A stretch of 63,069 nucleotides of DNA, filler included, from Octopus bimaculoides (lineage: Eukaryota), in NCBI RefSeq assembly GCF_001194135.2. It is 6 parts of 6 records of this genome, joined end to end, with 100 filler letters (N's around TTAATTAATTAA, not from the genome) between each part and the next. Parts side by side here need not be neighbours in the genome. Positions count along the whole stretch, not along the records: positions 33,918 to 44,252 come from NC_068983.1; positions 44,353 to 57,797 come from NC_068997.1; 4 more parts are not named here. One strand, given 5' to 3'. Made by a program: the position numbers and the translations under genes. Positions 38,421-51,330 of this stretch are shown piece by piece. The notes beneath the pieces are model-generated. The model ran no database searches, was not told the DNA's origin, and saw only the letters and a list, made by a program, of their open reading frames with translations. Numbering within the stretch: the stretch's first letter is position 1; the number at the start of each line of letters is the position of its first letter.

Positions 38421-39375
38421 CTTTGAAAATGCACCGGTTATTGTTAGAGACAGAAAAAGTATCCTATGCAAGTCTATAACCAATTTCACAGGATTAACAA
38501 ATACTCACATTTTACTGAAGATAAACACTGCTGAGTACAGTACTAATTACATAGAGTATTCTCGATGCAATAGAAAAGAAAAATCAATACAAAACACATC
38601 TAGTTTGCAGAGAGTTGCACTTAGTAGTGCATTCAAAACACGCATTATCAATCTAGCTGGATAATAACGTAAGCACAACACAGATTTCTAACGGAGTTAC
38701 AAGTACTCTGCTGGTATTCATTTTCTCAACGTAAATCGATATCGGAAGGATTTGTTGGTAACTAAGTAAGAAAATGGATTTAGCCCAGACATTCTAGGAA
38801 TGGTACCGTGCTACCATTAAGCATTTGCCAACTCTGGCTCCATTATTTCATTTCTGTGTAATTAGATCAAATAAATGATCATGTTATTTAGTATCATATC
38901 AAAGACATAGACGTCGTCTTTAAGACACTTGCATCACAGTCTTGGTAATAATTCCCTGCTGGTTAATTAATTATCCTATCTTACATTTTCCTTTCATTCT
39001 AAGTTGACATCGTACAAGAGTTATTTCGTAAATACTAGCATCTGAGATGTAATTTGTCACAACCAGTCACCGCCAAACAATAACAGAAACAAAATTAAGG
39101 CGCGCGCGCGCAAACACACACACTTGCGTTGCGTACACATAAATACGTTTGTGCACATATGCACACATTCTTGCACAGAAACAGAAAAATGCAATTTGAG
39201 ACACACGCACGAACTGGATATTATCGTAATAGATCAGTTAAGGGGAAAAAACCGCTTTCAAATCGGTCTCCAATGTATCTGAGTCCTTTCACCAAACGAC
39301 TTTGTGAAAATCTTTCTAACACTACAGTATCGCGAACAGTGTAGATTAAAAACAGCATCATTATTAGCAAGTCCC

Positions 39376-39590
39376 AAGGCGGCGAGCTGACAGAATCGTT
39401 ACCACGCCGGGCGAAATGCTTAGCAGTATTTCGTCTGCCACTACGTTCTGAGTTCAGTTCTGCCGAGATCGACTTTGCCTTCCATCCTTTCGCAGTCAGT
39501 AAATTAAGTACCAGTGAAATACTGGGGTCGATGTAATCGACTAGTCCCCTTCCCCAAAATTTCAAGGTCTTGTGTCATCAGTAGAAAGGA
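39376..39590 (+). mobile_element. SINE family A, full length with target-site duplication
   Basis: Complete head, core and tail. TTATTAGCAAGT is duplicated at 39361-39372 and 39591-39602. Confidence 0.93.
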
Positions 39591-40226
39591 TTATTAGCAA
39601 GTTCCGAATCTATAAAACGTTTGTAGAACGCAAAACATAACAAAACAATGCAACTAAAACAAAACAAAATTATACCCGAGAAGGTTATACGCAAATGTAT
39701 TGGTTTCTAACGTGTTCTTACATTAAAAAAAAACACGTTTTGGAAACAAAGTGTGGTATTTATTTGACTTACCTGAGGAGGGTAAAAGACAACGTAGAAA
39801 TATGCAAGAATTAAACTCAAACGTACAGAGATGCATCTAAATATAGGAAGTCCTTCTATTGTTTCTGTTAGTCGACGGCCTTACATGACTGTAATTATAT
39901 TAAAGTATTTTTCAGTTATAAACTCAGAAAAAGAGGTAGGAGAAAGCGATTTGGTTGAGTATCTCTGACTTGATGTTGCAGAACAAACGAGAAAATTGCA
40001 GAGAGGGGCATTCGAGGAAGATTGGGTAGAAGTCGGAACGAACAGTAACGGTAATGAATGAAACAGAAGTGAAATTATTTGATATCTTTGGGCGATGCTG
40101 CTTTGTAGTTTACGAGCCCAGAGAAGCAGAAGTTCTATTTGACGTTCGCGAAACAAGACGAGGACATGATTAAGTTCTGCTCACTAAAATATTTGACATA
40201 TTTATCATGTCAGCAAAAATTGTTTT

Positions 40227-40280
<54 letters not shown>

Positions 40281-42851
40281 GTGCAAATATAATAGAAGTA
40301 CAATCACGTGGGTGTCGCTTCAGCATCGTAGTGAAGACGTATAACGAGAGAAAGCGTCGACTGAGTGCATTAAAAGTTATAGTTTCAATATAAACAGATC
40401 ATCTTACAAGACAAAACTTTCGTGGTTGATAAATATCAGCTACATGTTTACATAGCTTTTATTTATTGAATTGCTACCTAACAAATATTAGTCAACTTAC
40501 TACGTCAAAATTTAATATTTAAACAAAAGAAGCGAGAAAAAATGGTGGATGACTGGAGTGAATGACGATTACTTTTACCTAGTCTTCGACTTCAAATAAT
40601 GTTAATAATAACTATATTTTCATCGATTTGAGGGTCCATAAAATAAGTGTCAGATATCTAACTACAGAGTTTATTCAACCATAGAGTAATACGTTGCTAA
40701 TGTTAAAAATATCATATAACAAAAACATACTTTAACTAACCTAAAGTTTGTTTATTCGTCTATTCGTAATCACTGCTTGGCTCTGATGCTACTATTTCTA
40801 CCTAGACCAGGCGGTCGACTAGCGCATCTCATTCAGTAATGTTGATTTTTTTTGTTTTTTTTTGTTAGTTAAAGCTACTGCTTTGAATCTGTCCGGGTTT
40901 ATCTCTCTTCGGTATTTCCCATTGAGGAAAGCTGAAGAAGCAGAAACGAGCGTCTGGGAATCCTCTAGAGGTAACCACTGGGCAGATATGGTGCTTTTGG
41001 CTCCTTTTACCAAAAAACAATGATGTAATTATACATATTAAATGTTTTCCAACAAATTTGAACATGAATATGCTAATGACTGTTGTAATTTATCTACGAA
41101 GGACAACTTAGTTTTATTTGCATGACTCCTCTCGTAAATACGCCCTCTCATCCCTTGCTCTGTCTCTATCCTTACTCACTGTTCGTTTACTAATTGCCTA
41201 ACCCCAAACATTTGTGCACTCATTCTGCACCTCTTATGGTTTACTTACTGAGTGTCTCTCGTCAATTCTTTCTTTCCCTCTCTTAATAAGATTTAAAAAA
41301 GTTCAACAGGAGGAACCAAACAACCGACCAACCAGCCAACCAACCAATCGACTAACCGACCGACCAACCAACCAACCAACCAACCAACTTTTATATTGGC
41401 TTTTATTCTCTCTTTCTCTCGGTGTATATAAACACACATAAAGATGAAGGTATGACAATGTGATTAAGAGATCCGCTTTGCAACCACATGTTTTGGGTGT
41501 CCTAGGGTGTGGGATCTTGGGTATGTACTCCCTCTTATGTTATCGGGCCGAACAATGCTTTATGAGGGAAATTTGGTAGATGGAATTTGTGTAAGCCCAT
41601 CGTATACACAAATACACCCCCCCACACACACACACATTGTATTTGTACATGTGAGCGTGTCTTCCTGTTTGTACTCTCTACAGCTTGAACACTAACTCGT
41701 AACTTAGTATTCTTCATTTATTGCAGCCTGTTTCTCAAGGAGAGACGATGCGAAACGCTTCTGTCTTTCTTTGCTTTTTTCCCCGTCAATTTCACACCGA
41801 AGGTCTTCAAATGTTCGATAGTCCACGTCACATGGCATTTTCAGTTTCGCTTTTTCCAAATGATACAGGTCTTTCCGATGCAGACCAAGAACAGAAACCA
41901 AGAGTTCACTTCTATGTATGTATGTATGTATGTATGTATGTATGTATGTATGTATGTATGTATGTATGTATGTATGTATGTATTTATGTATGTATTTATG
42001 TACGTATGTATGTATGTATTATGAATGCACGTATGTATGTGTCTGAGTATGTATGTATGCATGTGTGTGTGTCTGTGTGTGAGTGTATATATTATGTATG
42101 TATGCATGTATGTGTGTCTGTGTGTGAGTGTGAGTGTATATATTATGTATGTATGTGTGTGTGAGTGTGTGCGTATGTATGCATGTATGTGTGTCTGTGT
42201 GTGAGTGTGTGAGTATGTATTATGTATGTGTCGATGTATGTATGCTTACATGCATGTATATATATTTGTGTGTATGCATGCATGTATATATGTACGTATG
42301 CATATATGTGTGTGTATATATGTATATATTAATGTATATATGTCTGTGTATATAGATGCATACATACATACACATATGTATATAGATATATGAAGTTATG
42401 AATATTATACATATATATTAATACCTATATATCTATAAATATAGGCATATGTATGTAAATACTCTATATGCTTATGCTTATATACTCTCTCTCTTTCACC
42501 CACACACGCACATATCTATCTCTATAGATATGCGCATATATTAATGTGAATGTGTATGTGTGCATATTGTCAATAGTGTTGCAATTATTCTGTTTTAGAT
42601 ATGGTTATTTATTTCTGTCAGTACAGACACGATAGTGAATTGTATGAGGTTTAAAGGTCGAATTTTAAAAGATTTAAAGCAGGGTTTCTTTGTTTTTAAT
42701 ATTTTTTCCAAATGAAAAATCTATCCGAGTTATTTTTAAGAATAAAAAGAATATATCATACGTCAAATTATTAAATAGACTGATGGCATATAGATTTTAA
42801 AACAGCCATCTCTGTCTGTCTGTCTGTTTGTCAGTCTGTCTGTCTGTCTGG

Positions 42852-42912
<61 letters not shown>

Positions 42913-43314
42913 CGTATCACGAAAAGATATTGGATACCTAGACGATAATAACTCTAAAGTTATTGATGATTGATCATATTGTAAAAAAAAAAACAGACTA
43001 AAAGATCGATATCTATTGAAAAAAAAAATAACAAGACATAAAAAGACGATGTATCAAAGAAAGATGGGAAAATATAGAAGGGGTTGAAAAGTGAGACTTA
43101 CTTTGATATCGCGCCATAAATTGAATAGTACTGCATATTCGATTAAATACAAAATTACAATAATACAAAAATACTTTCTGCTTCTAACGGTCTATAAGCT
43201 TAGTCGTTACTATGCTTAGAAGAATAATAATGCGAGTGGTCATCTCACTGCATTCATTCTACATACATACACACATGCACACATACATACATGCATACAT
43301 ACATACACACATAC

Positions 43315-43345
<31 letters not shown>

Positions 43346-43351
43346 CATACA

Positions 43352-43790
43352 CATGGTGTGTCAGTTTTTTAAGGACACCTTTTTTTAAGATCTCTAACTT
43401 TATTCTAACTTATTTTTGTTTTGCCTTACTTTTCAGATAAATAACGCTAGATGTCAGGTTGACTCGATAAATGAAAACGCACGCAGTGATAATTGCCATA
43501 AAAGCTCTTCCTGAAAGTTGCCCGATCCTTCGTTGTCAAAGTTAGAAAGGAGTTAAAAGCAGCTGGTGGGATCCAACATTAGCATCTAAACGCGAAACGC
43601 ATGCTCAGTCATAATATCATCATAACACGTAGCTCTATACAAAAGGTCAAAGTAATAATAGATAAAAAAACCTGGAAACTCAGAGCCATTGCAAAGGACC
43701 ACTTTATTTTAGAATGCCCCATCAGAAAAGTTGTGTATGAGGACGTTCAGTACAAGTCTTATGCTATGCTAGCAGTAGATTCATTGAATA
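43352..43790 (+). mobile_element. Degenerate Tc1/mariner-superfamily (maT-like) transposase, 5' part
   Basis: Fragments MKTHAVIIAIK, ARSFVVKVRKELKAAGG and KVIIDKKTWKLRAIAKD...IRKVVYEDVQYKSY resemble the N-terminal HTH regions of such transposases; frameshifted. Confidence 0.6.
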
Positions 43791-43991
43791 GGTGTGATAA
43801 AAGGATTCTCAAGATTATTTTAACAAATTTCATGTGGAAAATAACTTTTCTTCTAAATCCATACTAATGAATTCATCCTGTATATATGTATACACGCGCA
43901 CGCGCACACACACACAAACACACACACATGCACACACATGCACACACAACCCCTCACATATATGTAATGTCCGGATATATATGTGTATATC

Positions 43992-44252
43992 CACTGCGTG
44001 GCACCTTGGGCAAGTGTCTTTTACTATAGCCTCGGGCCGACCAAAGCCTTGTGAGTGGATTTGGTAGACGGAAACTGAAAGAAGCCCGTCGTATATATGT
44101 ATATATATATATATGTATATGTGTGTGTGTTTGTGTGTGTGTGTTTGTCCCCCTAGCATTGCTTGACAACCGATGCTGGTGTGTTTATGTCTCCGTCACC
44201 TAGCGGTTCGGCAAAAATGACCGATAGAATAAGTACTAGGCTTACAAAGAAT
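43992..44252 (+). mobile_element. SINE family B, 5'-truncated and running into a gap
   Basis: CCACTGCGTGGCACCTTGGGCAAGTG...GAAGCCCGTCG-(TA/TG)n-TTTGTCCCCC...GATAGAATAAGTACTAGG. Confidence 0.9.
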
Positions 44253-44352
44253 NNNNNNNNNNNNNNNNNNNNNNNNNNNNNNNNNNNNNNNNNNNNTTAA
44301 TTAATTAANNNNNNNNNNNNNNNNNNNNNNNNNNNNNNNNNNNNNNNNNNNN

Positions 44353-44628
44353 GTGCCTCTTCTAATTTCTTAACTAGGTCTCCCTCTATTCTATTTTGGT
44401 CTAACGCTAGGGCCTTACTGTACCTAACCGTCCACTACGTTGGACGCGATGCCAGTACTAAGTGCCTCTTCTAATTTCTTAACTAGGTCTCCCTCTATTC
44501 TATTTCGGTCTAACGCTAGGGCCTTACTGTACCTAACCGATTCTGACTTGATTGCTTTCTTGAGGGCATACCACCATCTGTTGTTGATGATGGCACCCGT
44601 TAATGCTCTCTTAACTAAAGTGCTAAGG
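44353..44628 (-). mobile_element. L1/Tx1-clade ORF2 fragment (endonuclease-RT linker)
   Basis: NRWWYALKKAIKSESVRYSKALALDRNRIEGDLVKKLEEAL fits the WW..LK..IK...YSK linker helix of Tx1/L1 elements. Confidence 0.55.
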
Positions 44629-44641
44629 TATAGATAGATAA

Positions 44642-44698
<57 letters not shown>

Positions 44699-44769
44699 CA
44701 TCCATATATATATATATGCTTTTATACATATATGTATGTACCAAAAGTAGAAAGAATATTATTATTATT

Positions 44770-45396
44770 AAGGTGGAGAAGGAAGCGAGCAGACAGAATC
44801 GTTAGTACAATGGGCGAAAGGCTTAGCAGTATTTCGTTGGTCTTTACGTTCTAAGTTCAAATGCCGCCGGGGTCGACTTTCCCTTTAACCCTTTCGGGGT
44901 CGATAAAATAAGTTCCACTTGAGCATTTGGTTCGATGTAATCGACTATCCCCCTCCCCAAAAGTTCAAGCCTTGTGCCTATCTTAGAAAGGATTACTACA
45001 GTGGTGGACCAGCAGAATCGTAAGCGCGTCGATAAAAAGCTTAGCTGAATTTCTATTGGCTGAATTCAAATTTCGCTAAGGTCAACTTTGCCTCGCGTCC
45101 TTTCAGGAAAGGGAAAATATGTAACAGTTGAGAATTGGGACCGAAGTAATCACACCAAAATTGCCGGCCTTATGCCAAATTTTCAAGCCATTATATATAC
45201 CTTAAGGCGGCGGGCTGGCACAAGCCTTAACGCAGTTTTTCGCCCGTCGCTGTGTTCTGAGTTCCACCGAGGTCGACTTTGCTTTTCATCTTTTCGGGGT
45301 CGATGAGTTAAGTACCAGTGAAACACTGGGGTCGATGTAATCGACTATCCTTCTTCCCCCAAATTTCAGGCCTTGTGCTTATAATAGAAAGGATTA
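44770..45396 (+). mobile_element. Three tandem SINE family A copies
   Basis: Head or core motifs recur near 44786, 45005 and 45255, each followed by a CCTTGTGC../CCTTATGC.. tail segment. Confidence 0.8.
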
Positions 45397-45607
45397 TATA
45401 TGATGCCTCATCACAATCATTATTTGATAATAATAAAGTAAAGGAGTGGGCGAGTTCAGTTTCTAAAGGCCCCTCTTCCAAAATTCAAATGTCCCTGACT
45501 AAAGATACACCTCCAGTACTCTTCTGACCTCATCTACAGAATTCATATTTTTTCCGTCAAAATGATTTTGAAGACTGCAGAATAAATGATAAAGAGATTG
45601 AGTAATA

Positions 45608-45679
45608 CAGTTAAACTTTGGGAGAGGCATTATGCCGGTAATAAACATACGCACTGGTTCAGTCCTTTATTAATTTATA
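45608..45679. repeat. 72-bp dispersed repeat, copy 1
   Basis: 69/72 identical to 50327-50398; both copies start right after TA. Confidence 0.9.
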
Positions 45680-45689
45680 AACAGTATAT

Positions 45690-46798
45690 AGTTTTTTGTT
45701 AAATAATTTCATTGCACTCTTGCAATCTCTTCAGTAACTTGTCTCTCCACTTCCATTTATTATACGAAAGATAATACATACGAAAGATGGAGTAATGTCC
45801 GGAGAATATGGTGGATGGGGCATCGTTTCCCATTCAAACTCCTCCAGCCTTTCGGATGTTGTCTTCGCTGTATGTGGCCGAGCATTATCCTGATGGAAGA
45901 ACACTTTTCGTCTTGAAACCAAAGATGGTCGTTTTTGTTCTAGCGCTGGCTTAAGCCGCTCAAGCTGCTCGCAGTAAGATCTCTTTTGTTATCGTTTGGT
46001 TTGGATTTAAAAGTTCAAAATGGATTAAACCTTTCATATTCCACCAAATAGATAACAACACCGTACGTGGGTGACGACCTTCTTTACACTGGGGTGGCAA
46101 TATTTTCCTTTCCCGTCCCACTATCTTCGGCACTTGCCATTTTTATAGAGAACCTATTTCTCGTCACCAGTCACTATTCGGTTCAAAAAAGATTCATTCG
46201 TGAGACGGGATCGCAAGGAAGAGCACACATTTACTCTCTGCTCACGATTAGACACGGAAAGTTTGTGAGGAACTCATTGACCCAATTTTCTGACTTTTCC
46301 GATGACACGCAGGTGTCGATGAATGGTCGAATGACGAAATCCAAGCTTCTTTGCTAGTTCCCAAACGGTTACGATGGGATTTTGTTCCACCAGGGTTTGT
46401 AGGATGTCCTCGTTTAGCTCTACAGATCTTCCAGGACGAGGCTCGTCTTCTAGGCTGTAGTTTCCGGCTCGGAATTTCTGGAACCACTGTTGACACTGGT
46501 TGATTGTCCGATGCCCATATATTACATTAATATTCCTCACCGTTCCCATTCTGTTGTTGCCTTTATTGATCTCATAAAGCAAAATAAAACGAATATGCTC
46601 CTTTGTCACTTCCATTATAGCTTTGAAAAAATAATTGTTAAAATCGAACTGCACTCTTCAAAACTAGCACTAAGAATAAGCACAAGGTAAAATTACTACC
46701 TGCTTTTATAGCAAGTTGATGCAAGTAGTTTATCCCGTCCCCCGTCGACTTTTAGCTCATGCAATTGAAAAAATCGCATTATTTCTGGGATGACCCAA
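45690..46798 (-). mobile_element. Defective mariner transposon
   Basis: N-terminal HTH (HIRFILLYE...QQWFQKFRAGNYSLEDEPRPGR), KLGQ*VPH (WVPH with nonsense), VTGDEK*, HQDNARPH and HPPYSPD. TIR TTGGGTCATCCCAGAAATAATGCGATTTTT at 46769-46798 plus TA; the other TIR is not seen. Confidence 0.93.
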
Positions 46799-46800
46799 TA

Positions 46801-46961
46801 TACGACGGGCTTCTTTCAGTTTCCGTCTATCCAGTCCACTCACAAGGTTTTGGTCGGCCCGAGGCAATAAGAGAAGATTCTTACCCAAGGTGGCACGGAG
46901 TGGGACTGAACCCGGAACCATGTGGTTAGAAAGCAAGCTTCTTACCATACAGCCATGCCGG

Positions 46962-46962
<1 letters not shown>
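46801..46962 (-). mobile_element. SINE family B, 5' half, abutting the mariner TIR
   Basis: TACGACGGGCTTCTTTCAGTTTCCGTC...CTTACCATACAGCC. Confidence 0.88.
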
Positions 46963-46999
<37 letters not shown>

Positions 47000-47370
47000 G
47001 CGCGCGCCTAATAATAACTTTTTTTGTTGTGAACCTTTGGCGAGGTCCGATCGAGCGGACCGATGATCAATGTCATTCCATATGTGACCACCACTGCATT
47101 GTATTATATCTTACACTACGTTGTCTAACGTGCAACCTCATTGCTTTCCATTTTCTCTTTCTTCCTTTTAGTTCTTTCAATACAGTAGTGCTTGATTTCG
47201 GAGATATTTAGCTGCTATTACGAGCAAGTCAAGACACCGCATATTCATGCGTGTCTTTCAGTGTCTATACGTGTATGTAGGCTGTGTGTGAGTGTGTGTA
47301 TGTGTGTGTTATTTCTTTACTGCCCACATGGGGCTAAACACAGAGGGGACAAACAAGGACAGACAAACGG

Positions 47371-47411
<41 letters not shown>

Positions 47412-47537
47412 GTGTGTGTGTGTGTATGTGTGAGAGAGAGTGTGAAGGTAGGTAGGTAGGTAGGTAGGTAGGTAGGCAGGCAGGGAGGCAAGCAGGTAGG
47501 TAGGTAGGTAGGTAGGTAGGTAGAAAGGAAATCGAGG

Positions 47538-47990
47538 CACAGGCGTAGCTGTGTGTTAAGAAGCTTGCTCCAAAAGCACATGGTTCTGGGTTCAGTCCCA
47601 CTGCGCGGCACCTACAGCAAATGTCTTCAACTATAGCCTTAGGCCGACCAGTCTCTTGCGTGTGGATTCGATAGACGGAAACTGAAAGAAGCCGGTCTTA
47701 TACACATGTGTATATATCTAAGTGTGCGTATTTATGTGTCTGTTTGCCCCACCCTCTCACCGCTTCACCACCGGTGTTGGTGAGTTTATGTCCCCGTAAC
47801 TTAGAAGTTCAGTAGGAGATACCGATAGAATAAGTATTAGGCTTAATAATAATAATAATGATAATAATAATAGTCATAATAATAATAATAATGATAATAA
47901 GTCCTAGGGTCGATTTGTTCGACTATAGAAAAAGCCTTCGAAAACCCATGGCTGCAGTCAAATGGTTGAAACAAGAGAAGAAAAAAAAGG
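47538..47990 (+). mobile_element. SINE family B, full length
   Basis: GGCACAGGCGTAGCTGTGTG head through CATGGCTGCAGTCAAATGGTTGAAACAAG tail, with an (AAT)n expansion in the 3' part. Confidence 0.85.
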
Positions 47991-48490
47991 ATAAATTCGA
48001 GAGGTAGGCAAACAGAGAGAGAGAGAGGGAGGAGAGAGAGGAGGGAGGGAGAGAGAAACAGAGACAGACGGAGAGAGAAAGAGAGAAATATGTGACAATG
48101 AAAGAAAAAGTATAATAGAGAAAAAAGGTAAGGGGAGATAATCCAAAACTTGAACCTACTGTTATTAATACTACATCTACTATTTCCACCACCACCTCTT
48201 GCACAACTTCCACCCCACCTCTTAAAATAATTAAATTTATTTTATTCCACCGACTACAGGACATTTCTTATTGTCCAGTACTGTCAAAACCTGCTAAGAA
48301 AGTGTGTGTGTGTATTAACTTATATATATATATATATATATATATATGTTACATATATCTGTATGAATGTGTGTGTTGGTTTTGTGCGTAAGACAGACAG
48401 ATAGACATACATGCATACAGACAGACAGACAGTCAGTCATATGGATAGAGAAATAGATATTATGTATATACATGTATTGATGTACATATA

Positions 48491-48880
48491 AGTGGAGGCG
48501 CAATGGCCCAGTCTTTAGGGCAACGGACTCGCGGTCATAGGATCGCGGTTTCGATTCCCAGACCGGGCGTTGTGAGTGTTTATTGAGCGAAAACACCTAA
48601 AGCTCCACGAGGCTACGGCAGGGGATGGTGGCGAACCCTGCTGTACTCTTCCACCACAACTTTCTCTCACTCTTACTTCCTGTTTCTGTTGTGCCTGTAA
48701 TTCAAAGGGTCAGCTTTGTCACACTCTGTGTCACGCTGAATATCCCCGAGAACTACGTTAAGGGTACACGTGTCTGTGGAGTGCTCAGCCACTTGCACGT
48801 TAATTTCACGAGCAGGCTGTTCCGTTGATCGGATCAACTGGAACCCTCGGCGTCGTAAGCGACGGACAGCCAACAACAAC
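48491..48880 (+). mobile_element. SINE family C, full length (tRNA-Arg-like head, (CAA)n tail) with 12-bp TSD
   Basis: A-box TGGCCCAGT, B-box GTTTCGATTCC and tail CAACAACAAC. GATGTACATATA is duplicated at 48479-48490 and 48881-48892. Confidence 0.92.
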
Positions 48881-49808
48881 GATGTACATATATAATGCAT
48901 GTATATGTGTGAGTGTGTAAGTATATATACATGCGTGTGTGTGTATGTGTGTGTGTTCGTGTGTGTGTGTTTCCCTATGTATGTGTTCGAGTTCGAATTC
49001 ACAGCGTGGCATCTTTGGTAGACGGTGACTGAAAAAAGTCGTGTGTGTGTGTATGTCTTTGTGACTATGTTTGTCCCTCACTACCGCTTAACAACCGGTG
49101 TTGGTCTGTTTACGTCCGCATAACCTTACGCTTCAGCTAAAGAGACCGACAGAATAAGTACCAGGTCATTGAAAAAAAAAAAAAACAGTAAGTATTGGGG
49201 GTCGATTTGTTTGACAAAAATTGACCAAGGCGATGCTCCAGCTTGACCCCAGTCTAATGACTAAAACGAATAAAAAATAAAAGATATATATACATATATA
49301 TATATATATATAAATATAAACACACACACACACACATAGACACACACCTACATATGTTCTCAATATTTTAAAGCATTTCTTTTTTTCATTCAGGCGACCT
49401 TCGTTTTGTGTTTTCCACGGGAAAATATCGTATTTCTTCTCATGAACATTTAAAAAGGTTTTATCGTTTATTATAGTATAGACACGCTTCGAACAAACAA
49501 AAAAGTTTTTGAATAATTATGAATAATAACAATATAAATATTGAAATACATAATGATTGTATAGAGTTCTATTATAGCTTGTTTTCCACTTTGGCTTGCA
49601 TTTATAAATAAAAAAAAGCATATAATATAATATAATATACAATATACATTTATATATCTTCTTAGTAGACTGATAGCAATGTGGGTTTTTTTCTTGTGTT
49701 AGCAAAACCGTCGTTTCCGTTTCCATTTTTCTGTTTATTTTATAAAACAAGTCGTGAAAATAACTTTTTTTCTTTTTCCACTTACAGCACATTATCATTA
49801 TCATGATG

Positions 49809-49907
<99 letters not shown>

Positions 49908-50251
49908 TTATGCTTCGCTGCATTGATTTAATTTTACATTTTATTTCAAATTGTTTATTATTTTTTTTTTTAGAATGAAATGAATTGCAGGATCTATGCA
50001 TATTTTTTTTTTTTTTTTGAGAAAAATCATGCAAGATATATAAATTTCGGATCTTCGTTATTTTTTTTTTCCATTGCTCTTTATACATACATTAATACAT
50101 AAATAAATACATACATACACACACGCACACACATATGTATGTATGTATACACATATATACGTAAATGTTTATTTGCATATGTACATATCTATGTGTGTGC
50201 ATATATATGTCTCTATGTGCGTATATGTGCGCATTATGTGTGTGTGTTTGA

Positions 50252-50326
<75 letters not shown>

Positions 50327-50330
<4 letters not shown>

Positions 50331-50398
50331 TAAACTTTGCGAGAGGCATTATGCCGGTAATAAACACACGCACTGGTTCAGTCCTTTATTAATTTATA
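50327..50398. repeat. 72-bp dispersed repeat, copy 2
   Basis: See 45608-45679. Confidence 0.9.
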
Positions 50399-50741
50399 TA
50401 GGTTTAATTGTATTTCTTTCAACACACGTATCCACATCAAGAAACTTGCACACGAAATACACATACGATATATATATATAATTTTTGTTTTAAATACCAC
50501 AAATCTCCCGAGGAAGGTAATGAACGTCACTGCATCCTCTTTAGATTCGATTTTTCATATGCAAAATGTTAAGACCAGCCGCTGAAGTTTTAGTCATATA
50601 AAGTAACATAACTTCATTTCGTCTCCCAACTCTTTCATAAAAAAAACAAAAAAACGGAAGATCTTCGTGTCTTTTTAACTAACAAATTTACACACGCACA
50701 CACACACATATATATATATGTACCAATAAATATTGTTATTA

Positions 50742-50772
<31 letters not shown>

Positions 50773-50911
50773 AGAAATCCTTCTAAAAATCATTATTTAA
50801 ATGATAGAAATCATTAATTATTAATGTTATGTAAAAATCCGTGATAGGATCTCGTGGTTTTTCTCCACCTCATATTCTCATTATTATTTTTATAATCATC
50901 ATTACTATCAC

Positions 50912-50944
<33 letters not shown>

Positions 50945-51266
50945 GCTTCACTTCCCGATGTATTCCTACGCCATAACTTTACTACAATTTCTACAACTAG
51001 ACGGTATCACCATCACCACCATCTACTCATCTCCTTACATCAACACACTCGGATAGTTATAAAAAAGCGAAAATTATAGTAAAAATAATAATAATAATAA
51101 TAATAAAATAATAATAATAATAAAGGGAATGAAAGTTGAGCAGAGAATTTTCTCACACGCTTCATATCAAAATATTAGTATTCCATCATTCTGTTGTTCT
51201 ATTCTTTATAACCGAATTATTAACTTGTTACCTCTAGCCTTCAGTATAGCTTATCTTTGCAGCCGA

Positions 51267-51330
<64 letters not shown>

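Noticed and set aside
44353-44539. 78-bp direct duplication within the Tx1 fragment
   Set aside because: It starts exactly at a contig edge beside a gap, so an assembly overlap artefact is as likely as a real duplication.
48491-48570. tRNA gene (and similar tRNA-like heads of SINE-A and SINE-B)
   Set aside because: The A/B boxes continue into SINE bodies with tails and TSDs, and there is no complete cloverleaf acceptor stem.
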